From Candidatus Tepidifontimicrobium thermophilum (GTDB lineage: Bacteria > Sysuimicrobiota > Sysuimicrobiia > Sysuimicrobiales > Sysuimicrobiaceae), in contig JAVKHO010000003.1 of NCBI GenBank assembly GCA_031459915.1, forward strand, positions 1-64,000: 64,000 nucleotides of DNA. The letters are read 5' to 3'. This document shows positions 37,514 to 47,139 of this stretch, one piece after another. Each line of letters opens with the position of its first letter. Position 1 is the stretch's first letter. The notes below the pieces were generated by a model that was not told the DNA's origin, ran no database searches, and was given only the letters and a program-made list of their open reading frames with translations. The position numbers and the translations under genes are program-made.

Positions 37514-38698
37514 ATGGAGAAGCGGACGATCCGGGACGTGGACGTGGCGGGCCGGCGGGTGCTGGTCCGGGTGGACTTCAACGTTCCGCTGGACGAGCAG
37601 GGCCGGGTGACCGACGACCGGCGCATCCGGGAGTCGTTGCCCACCGTGCGGTACCTGCTCGACCGCGGCGCTGCGGTGATCCTGATGTCTCACCTGGGGC
37701 GTCCCGGCGGGCGCGTGGTAGAGAGCCTGCGGATGGTCCCCGTGGGCGAGCGGCTGGCGCAGTTGTTGGCCCGGCCCGTGCAGGTCCTGCCGGACTGCGT
37801 GGGCCCGGAGGTGGAGGCCGCGGTGGCCCGGATGCAGCCGGGGGACGTGGCGCTGCTGGAGAACCTGCGCTTCCACCCAGAGGAGGAGGCCAACGACCCC
37901 GACTTTGCCGGCCGTCTGGCCCGGCTGGCGGATCTGTACGTGAACGACGCGTTCGGCACCGCCCATCGGGCCCACGCCTCCACCGTGGCTGTGGCCCGGT
38001 ACCTGCCCGCGGTGGCGGGTCTCCTCATGGAGAAGGAGATCCGCTACCTCAGCCGCCTTCTGGAGAACCCCGACCACCCCTTCGTGGCGGTGCTGGGCGG
38101 TAAGAAGGTCTCCGACAAGATCGGGGTGCTCAGCAACCTGCTGGAACGCGTGGACGCAGTACTGGTGGGAGGTGGGATGGCCTACACCTTCCTGAGGGCC
38201 TCGGGTCACCGCGTGGGGCGTTCGGTGGTGGAGGAGGACAAGCTGGAGCTGGCGCGGGACCTGATGGCACGGGCGCGGGCGCGGGGGGTGGAGTTGGTGC
38301 TTCCGGAAGACGTGGTGGCGGCGGAGGGGCCCAGTGCCGAGGCGCCGAGGCGTGTGGTCCCGGCGGACGAGATCCCGGAGGGGTGGATGGGCCTGGACAT
38401 CGGGCCGGCCACGGCGCGGCGGTTCGCGCAGGTGGTCGAAGGCGCGCGGCTGGTGGTGTGGAACGGACCCATGGGGGTGTTCGAGCTGGAACCCTTCGCG
38501 GAGGGGACCCGGCGGGTGGCGGAAGCGGTGGCCCGGTGCCGCGGGACCACCGTGGTGGGCGGAGGGGATACCGCGGCGGCGGTGGATCAGTTCGGCCTGC
38601 TGGAACGCTTCGACCACGTGAGCACGGGCGGGGGCGCCACCCTGGAGTTCCTGGAAGGCAGGGAGCTGCCGGGGATTCAGGTCCTGCAGGACCGGTAA
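37514..38698 (+). CDS. pgk: Phosphoglycerate kinase
   Basis: RVDFNVP, NDAFGTAHRAHAS and STGGGA motifs. Confidence 0.97.
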   Translation: MEKRTIRDVDVAGRRVLVRVDFNVPLDEQGRVTDDRRIRESLPTVRYLLDRGAAVILMSHLGRPGGRVVESLRMVPVGERLAQLLARPVQVLPDCVGPEVEAAVARMQPGDVALLENLRFHPEEEANDPDFAGRLARLADLYVNDAFGTAHRAHASTVAVARYLPAVAGLLMEKEIRYLSRLLENPDHPFVAVLGGKKVSDKIGVLSNLLERVDAVLVGGGMAYTFLRASGHRVGRSVVEEDKLELARDLMARARARGVELVLPEDVVAAEGPSAEAPRRVVPADEIPEGWMGLDIGPATARRFAQVVEGARLVVWNGPMGVFELEPFAEGTRRVAEAVARCRGTTVVGGGDTAAAVDQFGLLERFDHVSTGGGATLEFLEGRELPGIQVLQDR

Positions 38699-38701
38699 AC
38701 C

Positions 38702-39484
38702 GTGCGTACCCCCCTGGTGGCCGCCAACTGGAAGATGCACAAGACGCGGGCGGAGGCCGCGGCGTTCGTGGAGGTGGCCCTGCCGGGCCTGGCTGCCGCG
38801 GACGGCGTGGAGGTGGTGCTCTGCCCGCCGTACACGGCCCTGGAGACCGTGGGCCGCCTCCTGGCGGGGTCTGCGGTGCGGCTGGGCGCGCAGAACCTGC
38901 ACTGGGAGCGCCAGGGGGCGTTCACGGGGGAGGTGTCGCCCACCATGCTGGCGGACGTGGGTTGCACGTACGTCATTGTGGGGCACTCGGAGCGGCGGCG
39001 GCTGTTCGGCGAGACCGACGACCGCGTACGGCGCAAGGTGCGGGCGGCCTTCGACGCAGAGCTGGTGCCCATCCTGTGCGTGGGCGAGACCCTGGAGGAA
39101 CGACAGGCAGGCTTCACGGACTCCCGCGTCACCGACCAGCTGGCGGAGGCGACCGCGGACCTCTCCGCGGAGGAGGTGGCGCGTCTGGTAGTCGCCTACG
39201 AGCCCGTATGGGCCATCGGGACCGGGCACGCGGCCACGGGCGAGGAGGCGAACCGCGTGAGTGGGCTCATCCGTGCCTGGCTGCGGGGACGCTTCGGTGC
39301 CGCCGCGGACGCCACACGTGTCCAGTACGGCGGCAGCGTGACCACCCGGAACGCGGCGGAGTTCCTGGAGCAGCCCGAGGTGGACGGTGCCCTGGTGGGC
39401 GGGGCCAGCTTGGATCCGGAGGAGTTCGTGGGAATCGTCCAGCTGGCGGCCGGCGCCGGGAGGGCGCGGGGAGCTACTGGGTAG
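38702..39484 (+). CDS. tpiA: Triosephosphate isomerase
   Basis: NWKM, GHSERR, AYEPVWAIGTG, YGGSV and LVGGASL motifs. Confidence 0.97.
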   Translation: MRTPLVAANWKMHKTRAEAAAFVEVALPGLAAADGVEVVLCPPYTALETVGRLLAGSAVRLGAQNLHWERQGAFTGEVSPTMLADVGCTYVIVGHSERRRLFGETDDRVRRKVRAAFDAELVPILCVGETLEERQAGFTDSRVTDQLAEATADLSAEEVARLVVAYEPVWAIGTGHAATGEEANRVSGLIRAWLRGRFGAAADATRVQYGGSVTTRNAAEFLEQPEVDGALVGGASLDPEEFVGIVQLAAGAGRARGATG

Positions 39485-39509
39485 CGATGCCCCCGGAGCC
39501 CTCCCGCGC

Positions 39510-39814
39510 CTGTCCTGGCGGTACCTGCGGGTGTGTTCGCACCGGCGTTTGCGTCCACGCTGATAGGGCACCGGTGGGTCGAACGAATGGTCGTCCAGCC
39601 ACGCCTGCACGGGTCCCCGGACGGTGTGACGGCCGGGGTCGTCGGTCCCATCGCAACCACCGCTGTGGCGCTGTTCCGTGTCGGCGTGGGCAGCTCGATG
39701 GCGGCCGCCACGTTCGGCCTCTCCTTGGTGGTGCTCTACGCCTGGAAGGCGAAGGCCGCGGCGGCCGCGGTCGTGCTGGGGGCGGGATTGCTGGGAATGG
39801 TGGGGCGGCCTTAG
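39510..39814 (+). pseudogene. C-terminal remnant of a chromate transporter (ChrA family)
   Basis: AGVFAPAF..TLIGHRW.E....PRLH...DGVTAGVVG.IA matches the last helices of ChrA proteins; only about 100 aa, no RBS, prolines at normally hydrophobic positions. Confidence 0.6.
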
Positions 39815-39895
39815 GGAACTGGCGAGCACGGCCGGTTGCAGGAACGAAGTCGCGTCGGTAGAATGGCCGCGGCACCCCACCGGGAGGAGACAGGC

Positions 39896-40114
39896 GTGGA
39901 CAAGGTCGTGTTGATCCTGCACTTCGTCCTCGCAGCGGCGGCAGTGGGCCTGGTGCTGCTGCAAGGGCCCAAGGGAGAGGGTCTCGGAGCCATCGGCGGG
40001 AGCGCCCGGCTGTTCCACGGGCCGAGGCCCCGCGAGACCTTCTTCACCCGGACCACCGCGGTGGTAGCCGTCCTGTTCGCGCTCACCAGCACCTACCTGG
40101 CGTTCGTGCGCTGA
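39896..40114 (+). CDS. secG: Preprotein translocase subunit SecG
   Basis: [14 protein letters not shown] and F.TR.T motifs; TAGAAT at 39859-39864; synteny tpiA-secG-tRNA-Leu. Confidence 0.92.
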   Translation: MDKVVLILHFVLAAAAVGLVLLQGPKGEGLGAIGGSARLFHGPRPRETFFTRTTAVVAVLFALTSTYLAFVR

Positions 40115-40141
40115 CCTCTGGCCGCGGGTTCACGGCCGGGC

Positions 40142-40147
40142 TATAAT
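40142..40147 (+). promoter_or_regulatory. -10 element (TATAAT) for tRNA-Leu
   Basis: TATAAT followed by a short GC hairpin leader and the tRNA. Confidence 0.6.
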
Positions 40148-40176
40148 CGGGCTGGCCGGTCCCAGGCCGGCCACCT

Positions 40177-40261
40177 GCCCGGATGGCGGAACTGGCAGAC
40201 GCGCACGTTTGAGGGGCGTGTGGGGAAACCCGTGGGGGTTCGAATCCCCCTCCGGGCACCA
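40177..40261 (+). tRNA. tRNA-Leu (anticodon GAG)
   Basis: GCCCGGA/TCCGGGC acceptor stem; anticodon arm CACGT-TTGAGGG-GCGTG; long variable arm; GGTTCGAATCC; CCA. Confidence 0.97.
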
Positions 40262-40265
40262 GGTC

Positions 40266-41138
40266 TCAGTCCGTGTACGGAACTCCCAGGGCCTGTGGCT
40301 TCGCCAGTCCCCAGCGGGTCCGGAACCACGGGGTGCTGATGACGGTGAGGATGGCGATGGTCACGCCGAAGGGGACCGTCCGCCACACGTACCGGGAGAG
40401 CACGCCGGGCAGGACGTACTCGGGGCTCAGGGACAGCTGCCACATGGCGCCGAACAGTACCGATCCCCCCAAAAGAACCCACGGGTTCCACATGGAGAAG
40501 AACACCAGCGCCAGGCTCACGAACCCCCAACCCATGAGGAAGTTGTAGTTCCACACGGGGTTATAGGAGAGGGTGTACGCCGCGCCTGCCAGGCCCGCCA
40601 GGGTGCCGCCGAACACCACGCACAGGTACCGGATCCCGGCCACGTTCACGCCCGAGGCCGCCGCGGCGGCTGGGCTTTCGCCCACGGAGCGGATCGCAAG
40701 TCCCAACGACGTCCGGGAAAGCACGAACCAGACCGCGGCCACCAGCAGGGTTCCGCAGTACACGAAGGGGGACAGGCCCACAAGCGCGGGAAAGCGCGGC
40801 AGGCCCAGCGGGCCGGTGTGGGGGCTTCCCAAGTACGTGGTCAGGCCGAAGCTGAGGATCCATAGGCCCATACCGCTGACCACCTGGTCGCCCCGCAGGC
40901 GGATGGAGAACAGGCCGTGGATCCAGCCCAGCAGGCCGCCCACTGCGATCCCCGCGGCCAGTCCCGCCGGGTAGCTCCCGGTGGACTGGGCCACCAGGAA
41001 AGCGGCGGTCCCGCCGAACAGCATGAGTCCTTCCAGCCCGACGTTGAGGATCCCGGACCGCTGGTTCACGAGCTCGCCCAAAGCCGCCAGCAGGAACACC
41101 GTGGACGCCTCCAGGCTCCGGGCCAGCAGCTCGTTCAC
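40266..41138 (-). CDS. ABC permease, nucleoside/purine (CUT2, NupC-like)
   Basis: AALGE...[12 protein letters not shown] and GL.IRSVGE.P.AA motifs; GTG at 41138. True gene is the 3' part of ORF 40266..42497. Confidence 0.9.
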   Translation of the reverse strand: MNELLARSLEASTVFLLAALGELVNQRSGILNVGLEGLMLFGGTAAFLVAQSTGSYPAGLAAGIAVGGLLGWIHGLFSIRLRGDQVVSGMGLWILSFGLTTYLGSPHTGPLGLPRFPALVGLSPFVYCGTLLVAAVWFVLSRTSLGLAIRSVGESPAAAAASGVNVAGIRYLCVVFGGTLAGLAGAAYTLSYNPVWNYNFLMGWGFVSLALVFFSMWNPWVLLGGSVLFGAMWQLSLSPEYVLPGVLSRYVWRTVPFGVTIAILTVISTPWFRTRWGLAKPQALGVPYTD

Positions 41139-42277
41139 CGGGCACCCTCCGGGCGGGGCGGCGCAGAGGTGGGGGCGGGCGCGGTACGCCGCCACACCAC
41201 CCGGTACCGGTCCACCAAGTGCGAGAACACGAAGGTGGTCATCAGCAGGCCCAGGATGGCGTAGTCCACGCCGAAGGGCAGGCGCAAAGCCCCCTGAGCG
41301 AAGCGCCCCCCCACGGACAGGCCGGCGAACAGCAACGCCATGGGGACCGCTCCCACGGCGCTCCCACGGGCGATGAGGGCGCAGATGATGCCGTAAAAGG
41401 ACAGGTCGCCGTAGTACCCGTAGTTGGTAGGGATCTTGTACAGGCCGGGCACAGCGGCGAAGTAATGGTAACCCGCCAGGCCCGAGAAGGCCCCGCCCAG
41501 CACGAACACCCACAGGGACACCCGGACGGGGTCGATCCCGGCATACCGGGCTGCCTGCGGGTTCAGGCCGAAGGTGCGGACGCGGTAGCCCGCGGCCGCC
41601 CGGGAGAAGACGAAGTCCACGACCACGGCCGCTGCCAGGCCGAGGAAGGCGCTGGGCGGCAGGCCCAGCGGGAGGGGGGGGCGGAAGGCCTCCGGCAGCG
41701 TGAAGCTTTCGCCCTCCGCGGTGGCGCTCATGAACGCACCGCCCTCCTTGATGAAGTCCGAAACCAGCCAGAACATCACGGAGTTGAGCATCATGGTCAC
41801 GAGAATCTCGTTCACCGCCAGCTTCGCCCGCAGCAGGCCCACCAGGGCGCCGAGGGAGGCGCCCGCCAGCGCTGCGGCCAAGGGCATGGACAGGAGCGCG
41901 ACGCCCCCGGCGGTGCCGGAGCCCAGCTCCCGGGCCCCCGCCCAGAAGGGCACCGCGAACGCCGCCAGCGCCCCCGCGTAAACCTGACCCGGCAGCCCAA
42001 TGTTCCACAGCCCGCCCCGCAGGGGGATCAGGAAGGCCAGGGTGCACAGCAGCAGGTAGACCGCCCGGTGCACGGTCGCGCCCAGGCCCGAGGGGTTGGC
42101 GAAGGCGTAGCCGAAGGCGATCCGGTAGGCGGTCCACGGGCCCGACTCTGGAGTCCAGAACAGCACGCTGGCCAACAGGAGCGCCAGAGCCACAGCCAGG
42201 AGGGCACCCAGAGCCACGCGGGGGGGCGAAGGGGCCTCCGCCCTTTCCACGGACAGGCGGTATGCGCCGATCCTCAA
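41135..42277 (-). CDS. ABC permease, nucleoside/purine (CUT2, NupB-like)
   Basis: GLWNIGLPGQ, NEILVTMMLN and G.NP.AARYAG motifs. Confidence 0.9.
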   Translation of the reverse strand: MRIGAYRLSVERAEAPSPPRVALGALLAVALALLLASVLFWTPESGPWTAYRIAFGYAFANPSGLGATVHRAVYLLLCTLAFLIPLRGGLWNIGLPGQVYAGALAAFAVPFWAGARELGSGTAGGVALLSMPLAAALAGASLGALVGLLRAKLAVNEILVTMMLNSVMFWLVSDFIKEGGAFMSATAEGESFTLPEAFRPPLPLGLPPSAFLGLAAAVVVDFVFSRAAAGYRVRTFGLNPQAARYAGIDPVRVSLWVFVLGGAFSGLAGYHYFAAVPGLYKIPTNYGYYGDLSFYGIICALIARGSAVGAVPMALLFAGLSVGGRFAQGALRLPFGVDYAILGLLMTTFVFSHLVDRYRVVWRRTAPAPTSAPPRPEGAR

Positions 42278-43818
42278 GCGCGCCTCCCCAGCGAGCCGGC
42301 CATCCACGCGCCCACGGTCTCAGGATCCGCCTCGTTCCGCGGCACGAGAGCCACGAACCGGCCCTCGTACAGGGCTCCCACTCGGTCGCTGACCGCGAAG
42401 ATCTCGTCCAAGTCCTCTGAGATGAGCAGAACCGCAGCGCCGCGTGCCTTGGCTTCCAGAAGCTGGGCCCGCACGAAGCTAGCCGCCTCCACGTCAAGGC
42501 CCTGGGTGGGCAGGTGAGCGACCAGCAGGCGCGGCTGCCGGGACAGCACCCGGCCGAGCACCAGCTTCTGTAGGTTTCCCCCCGACAGGTGCTGCGCCCG
42601 CACGTACGGGTGGGGAGCTTTCACCCGGAAGGTCGCCAGGATCTGACGGGTCAGCCGTTCCAGGCGGGCCCGGTCCAGCATCCCCCGGGGACAGAACTCC
42701 GGGTCGAAGTGGTAGTTGAGCCCGGTGTTCTCCACGAGGCTGAGGGCCGCTACGCTGGCGACCTCGGTACGTTCCGCGGGCACGTAGCCCAGCCCCAGGC
42801 GCCACCGGTCGAGGGTCGGAAGGTGGGTGACATCGCGGCCCAGCAGGCGCACGCGGCCGGAGACGGCCGGTCGAAGCCCCGCCAGCACCTGAGCCAGCTC
42901 CTCCTGCCCGTTGCCGGTGACCCCCGCTACGCCCACGATCTCGCCCTCGTGTACTGTGAGGGAGACGCCTCGCAGGCTCAGCACCCCCTTGTCGTTGTAC
43001 GCAGACAGGTCCTCCACTTCCAGCACCACGGGGCCGCGATGGTCGGGTGCTTGCACGGTGGGGAGGGTAACCTCCTGGCCCACCATGTGCTGGACCAGTT
43101 CGTGGTCGGTGGTGTCCGACACCGACAGCCGGGCTGCAACGCGGCCAGCGCGGAGCACCGTGACGGTTCGGGCCACCGCGCGCACCACGGGCAGCTTGTG
43201 GGTGACCAGAACCACGGTGACGCCGTCCTGGTCCACGAGGGCGCGCAGCGCCCGCAGCAGGGCCTGTACCTCCGGGGGCGTCAGGGCGGAGGTCGGCTCG
43301 TCCAGGATCAGAATGCGGACCCCCGCGTACAGGGCCTTCAGGATCTCCACCCACTGCTTCTCGCCTTCCGACAGCTGCCACACGCGGGCTCCCAGGTCCA
43401 CGTGGACACCGTACCGGGCACACAGGGCCTCGAGCTCCTGACGGGCCCGGCGCAGGTCTAGCAGCCCCCGGGCCCTGGGGTGACCCAGGACCAGGTTCTC
43501 CAGTACCGTGTGGGCAGGGACCAGTCTGCGGGTCTGGTGAACCATCCCGATGCCAGACGCCAGCGCGTCGTGGGGCGAGCGGAAGCGAACGCGTCGGCCG
43601 CGCAGGTACACTTCTCCCTCGTCCGGGTGGATCAGCCCGAAGAGGATGTTCATGAGGGTGGTCTTGCCGGCTCCGTTCTGACCTAGCACCGCGTGGACTT
43701 CCCCCTCCGCCACCTCGAGATCCACGCGGTCCAGGGCCCGGACCCCGGGGAAGGACTTGCTGATTCCCCGGGCGGCGAGAACAGGTGGGGGTGTGCGGTG
43801 CTCCAGCTCCGGCGTCAC
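42274..43818 (-). CDS. ABC ATP-binding protein, duplicated NBD (CUT2, NupA-like)
   Basis: GQNGAGKTTL, LDEPT, LSGGNLQK and LISEDLDE motifs. Confidence 0.94.
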   Translation of the reverse strand: MTPELEHRTPPPVLAARGISKSFPGVRALDRVDLEVAEGEVHAVLGQNGAGKTTLMNILFGLIHPDEGEVYLRGRRVRFRSPHDALASGIGMVHQTRRLVPAHTVLENLVLGHPRARGLLDLRRARQELEALCARYGVHVDLGARVWQLSEGEKQWVEILKALYAGVRILILDEPTSALTPPEVQALLRALRALVDQDGVTVVLVTHKLPVVRAVARTVTVLRAGRVAARLSVSDTTDHELVQHMVGQEVTLPTVQAPDHRGPVVLEVEDLSAYNDKGVLSLRGVSLTVHEGEIVGVAGVTGNGQEELAQVLAGLRPAVSGRVRLLGRDVTHLPTLDRWRLGLGYVPAERTEVASVAALSLVENTGLNYHFDPEFCPRGMLDRARLERLTRQILATFRVKAPHPYVRAQHLSGGNLQKLVLGRVLSRQPRLLVAHLPTQGLDVEAASFVRAQLLEAKARGAAVLLISEDLDEIFAVSDRVGALYEGRFVALVPRNEADPETVGAWMAGSLGRRA

Positions 43819-43825
43819 GGTCTGA

Positions 43826-43857
43826 CGGGGGCCGCGCCCGGCCGGGCGCGGCCCCCG
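43826..43857. repeat. Perfect 32-bp GC palindrome (stem-loop) between the BMP gene and the ATPase gene
   Basis: CGGGGGCCGCGCCCGG|CCGGGCGCGGCCCCCG. Confidence 0.85.
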
Positions 43858-43863
43858 GGGGGT

Positions 43864-45120
43864 TCACTTCAGGACGTTCAAACCGTTCAGGTCGAAGTTG
43901 AACTTCGACAGCAGCCACTCGTCGGTGGGCGTCTGCCCCGCCGGCTTCACCACGGTACCCTTCGGCGGGATGGGGGTCCCCGGGAGCGCTAGCCCGGTCC
44001 CGTTGCTCACCAGGGCGTGCACCTGGAAGGGGTCCCACTGCCCTCTGCGCATCTGCTCCCGCCGCTGAACCACCAGCCGCACGATGGACTCGGGGATCTG
44101 CCGGCGCGCCTTGGGGCTGATCGCGTCCACGCCCACCTTCTTGTTGTTCATGATGTCCACGGTGGACACCACGGTCCCGTCCGCGAGGGTCATGGTGTCC
44201 CGCATCCCGAGGTACAGGAGGTTGCGCGGGCTGCGGTTGCCCGCCAGGTAGTCCCGCACCATCCGGTCGTACAGGACCTCCCACCGGGTGTCGAAGGACA
44301 CCGCTACCGTGTCCGTGTTGGACCAGCCGTAGAAGCCCACGATGTCCATGTCCTTCCCCACGAACCAGATCCCTCGCTGCTGCGCTACGTCCAGGGGCGA
44401 GCCGGAGTCCGTCTGTTGGGTGAGGACGTCCACCCTGTACTGCGTGACCAGGGTCGTGGCCACCTCCCGCTCCTCCGTGGGCTTGTACCAGTCTCCCACG
44501 TACTTCACGTACACGTTCACGCGCTTTCCCAAGGCACGGGCGGCGTCCTGCACGCCCAGGAAGAATCCCGCGGTGCGCCGGAGCACCTGGACGTTGGGGA
44601 AGGCGGAGACCACGCCCACGTTACCGGTCCGGGTCAGGGCGCCCGCAATCAGCCCCTCCAGGTACAGCGCCTGGTACTGGCGGGGGAAGAACCGGATGAA
44701 GTTGGTCTTGCGGCTGACGTCGCTCGCCACCACGGAGCCGAAGTACACGTTGGGGTACTTGTCCGCGATGTCCTTCAGGGGCAGGCCCATGAACTCCGCG
44801 TTGCCGACCACGATGTTGGCTCCCTGACGGATGAGCTCCTCCGCGTACGGGACCGTCAGGTCCGGTCCGACCTCCTCGCGGTACACGTACTTGACGTTGG
44901 GGTACTTCTGCGCGATGCGCTGGCCCGCTCGGTGATGCGCACCCGACCATGTGGTGCCCTTGATGACGCTGAAGTGAAGGATGGCCAGGGTGACGGTGGG
45001 CGGGGCCGCGGACGCGGAGTGCACGTGCCACAGGGAACCTACGGCCAGCACGAGGACCAGGGCCACGGCTGAGGCCCGGAGCCAGGCGCGCGGAGCGCTC
45101 GAACAGGTGTGCCGATCCAT
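43864..45120 (-). CDS. BMP family (PnrA/Med-like) ABC substrate-binding protein, purine/nucleoside type
   Basis: WSGAH..., YQALYLEG.IAG, VGDWY.P..E and DVL.Q.TD motifs; Sec signal without a lipobox Cys. Confidence 0.88.
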   Translation of the reverse strand: MDRHTCSSAPRAWLRASAVALVLVLAVGSLWHVHSASAAPPTVTLAILHFSVIKGTTWSGAHHRAGQRIAQKYPNVKYVYREEVGPDLTVPYAEELIRQGANIVVGNAEFMGLPLKDIADKYPNVYFGSVVASDVSRKTNFIRFFPRQYQALYLEGLIAGALTRTGNVGVVSAFPNVQVLRRTAGFFLGVQDAARALGKRVNVYVKYVGDWYKPTEEREVATTLVTQYRVDVLTQQTDSGSPLDVAQQRGIWFVGKDMDIVGFYGWSNTDTVAVSFDTRWEVLYDRMVRDYLAGNRSPRNLLYLGMRDTMTLADGTVVSTVDIMNNKKVGVDAISPKARRQIPESIVRLVVQRREQMRRGQWDPFQVHALVSNGTGLALPGTPIPPKGTVVKPAGQTPTDEWLLSKFNFDLNGLNVLK

Positions 45121-45277
45121 GGCTGCCCCCCAGAAATGCGAGGCTCGCCGGCGAGCCGCCGGCGGCAAGACGCGGCCTAGATTCTTCGCAGGCGCGCGGT
45201 TCTCCTCCTACGGCGAGAGGGCTCGATGGACAGCGGGTCGAATCCACGCACGCAGGAACGCGTTCCATGGGAGTGCC

Positions 45278-47035
45278 ATGCCGGTTCTCGCGCGGGTCCG
45301 CAGAGGCAGCTACCACGATTCGGTGGCCCTGCTGCAGGCGCAGCAGGCGCTCCGACAGATGCCGGGGGTGGAAGAGGCGGGGGTGGTCATGGCCACGCCC
45401 GCCAACCTCGCGTTGCTCCGGGGGGCAGGCCTGGACGCGCCGGAGCTCCAGGGGGCGGGGCCGGACGACCTGGTGGCGGTGGTCCGGGCGCGGACGCAGG
45501 CGGAGGGTGAGCGGGCGCTGGAACGCCTGGACGAGTTGCTGTCGCCGCGGGGGCCAGCCGGGGGCGCACCCTACCGGCCCCGCACGGTCCGGACGGCGGT
45601 GCGTGCCCTCCCGGGGGCCAACGTGGCCGTGGTGTCCGTACCGGGCCGGTTCGCGGCAGCCGTGGCGGAGGAGGCCCTGCGGGAAGGGCTCCACGTCTTC
45701 CTGTTCAGCGACAACGTGGCGCTGGAGGAGGAGGTGCGGCTCAAGCGCCTCGCGGCCGAGCGAGGGCTTCTCGTGATGGGGCCCGACTGCGGGACCGCCC
45801 TAGTGGCCGGAGCAGGGTTGGGGTTCGCCAACGCGGTCCGTCGCGGCCGTGTGGGAATCGTGGCCGCCTCGGGCACAGGCCTCCAGGAGGTGGCGTGCCT
45901 GGTGCACCGCTGGGGTAGCGGGATCTCCCACGGCCTGGGCACGGGCGGGCGTGACCTGTCCGACGCAGTGGGAGGGGCGAGCTTCGCCACAGCCCTTGCA
46001 GCCCTGGCGGAGGACCCTGGTACCGACGTGGTCGTGCTCCTGTCCAAGCCGCCGTCCCCTCACGTGGCGAGGCAGGTGCTCGCGTTGGCCCGGAGGTGCG
46101 AAAAGCCGGTGGTGGTGAACTTCCTGGGTGCGCAGCCACCGCCTCAGGTGGGGAACCTGTACTTCGCGTCGACCCTGGAGGAGGCGGCACGCTTGGCGGT
46201 CCGGCTTTCTGGTGGGCACCCACCCGCGGAGGCCGAGCTCGAGCCGGAGGCGGTGCCGTGGGCTGCGGGGCAGCGGTGGCTTCGGGGTCTGTTCGTGGGG
46301 GGCAGCCTGTGCGCGGAGGCCCAGCTGGTGCTGCGGGGGAGTCTGGGCCGGGTGTGGTCCAACGTCCCTCTCAGCCCGGACGCGCGGCTACCGGACCCGC
46401 TGGTGAGCCGGGAGCACACCGTGGTGGACTTAGGGTCCGACGAGTTCACCGTGGGGCGGCTGCACCCCATGCTGGACCCGTCCGTGCGCAGCCAAAGGCT
46501 GTTGCACGAGGCGCGGGATGCGGAGGTGGCGGTCCTGCTCGTGGACGTGGTTTTGGGCTTCGGAGCGCACCCGGACCCCGCGGGCGAGCTCGCACAGGCG
46601 TGGGAGGAGGCGGTGGGTACCGCCCGGAGGGCGGGCCGGGAGCTGGTGTGCGTGGCCTCGGTGTGCGGGACGGAGCTGGACCCGCAGCCGCACGGGAGCC
46701 AGGTGGAGCGGCTGCGGGGAGGTGGGGTGGTGGTGGCGCCCACCAACGCCGCGGCGGCCCGGATGGCGGGAGCCCTGTGCGGCCGGTCGGAGCCCCGGGG
46801 AGAAGCGGGGCCGCTGCCGCCCGTGGACCTCCCGGACGGAGAGGGTCGGACCCACGGAGTCCCCGCGGCGGTTCGGGAGCTCCTCCGAGGGCCAGTTCGG
46901 GCCGTTAACGTGGGCCTGGAGTCGTTCGCGCAGAGCCTGCAGTCGCAGGGCGTTCCGGTGGTGTCCGTGGACTGGAAGCCACCCGCGGCAGGCGATGCGG
47001 AGCTGCTGGAGCTGCTGTCGCGGCTGGGCGGCTGA
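45278..47035 (+). CDS. fdrA: FdrA family protein (acyl-CoA synthetase-like; AllF/YahF homolog)
   Basis: Y.DSV.L, FSDNV, VMGPDCGT, AASGTGLQEV, GTGGRDLS and DLG.DEFT.GR.HPM.DP motifs, plus the FdrA-type C-terminus NVGL.SFA...W.PPA.G. Confidence 0.93.
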   Translation: MPVLARVRRGSYHDSVALLQAQQALRQMPGVEEAGVVMATPANLALLRGAGLDAPELQGAGPDDLVAVVRARTQAEGERALERLDELLSPRGPAGGAPYRPRTVRTAVRALPGANVAVVSVPGRFAAAVAEEALREGLHVFLFSDNVALEEEVRLKRLAAERGLLVMGPDCGTALVAGAGLGFANAVRRGRVGIVAASGTGLQEVACLVHRWGSGISHGLGTGGRDLSDAVGGASFATALAALAEDPGTDVVVLLSKPPSPHVARQVLALARRCEKPVVVNFLGAQPPPQVGNLYFASTLEEAARLAVRLSGGHPPAEAELEPEAVPWAAGQRWLRGLFVGGSLCAEAQLVLRGSLGRVWSNVPLSPDARLPDPLVSREHTVVDLGSDEFTVGRLHPMLDPSVRSQRLLHEARDAEVAVLLVDVVLGFGAHPDPAGELAQAWEEAVGTARRAGRELVCVASVCGTELDPQPHGSQVERLRGGGVVVAPTNAAAARMAGALCGRSEPRGEAGPLPPVDLPDGEGRTHGVPAAVRELLRGPVRAVNVGLESFAQSLQSQGVPVVSVDWKPPAAGDAELLELLSRLGG

Positions 47036-47139
47036 ACGTCCCCGAGGGTTCAGGTTAAGATGGGGAGGGCCCGGCTCCGGAGGCCCACCGGGCCCGCGCT
47101 CCGCTTGACGCGGACTTTCCCGGGACGTGGAGGCGACCC

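Noticed and set aside
40261..40270. Genomic island integrated at tRNA-Leu (accessory genes start 4 nt after the CCA)
   Set aside because: I saw no integrase, no duplicated tRNA 3' end and no evident compositional shift in the window.
46860..47035. Apparent extra domain fused to the FdrA C-terminus
   Set aside because: This segment is part of E. coli-type FdrA, so it is not a novel fusion.
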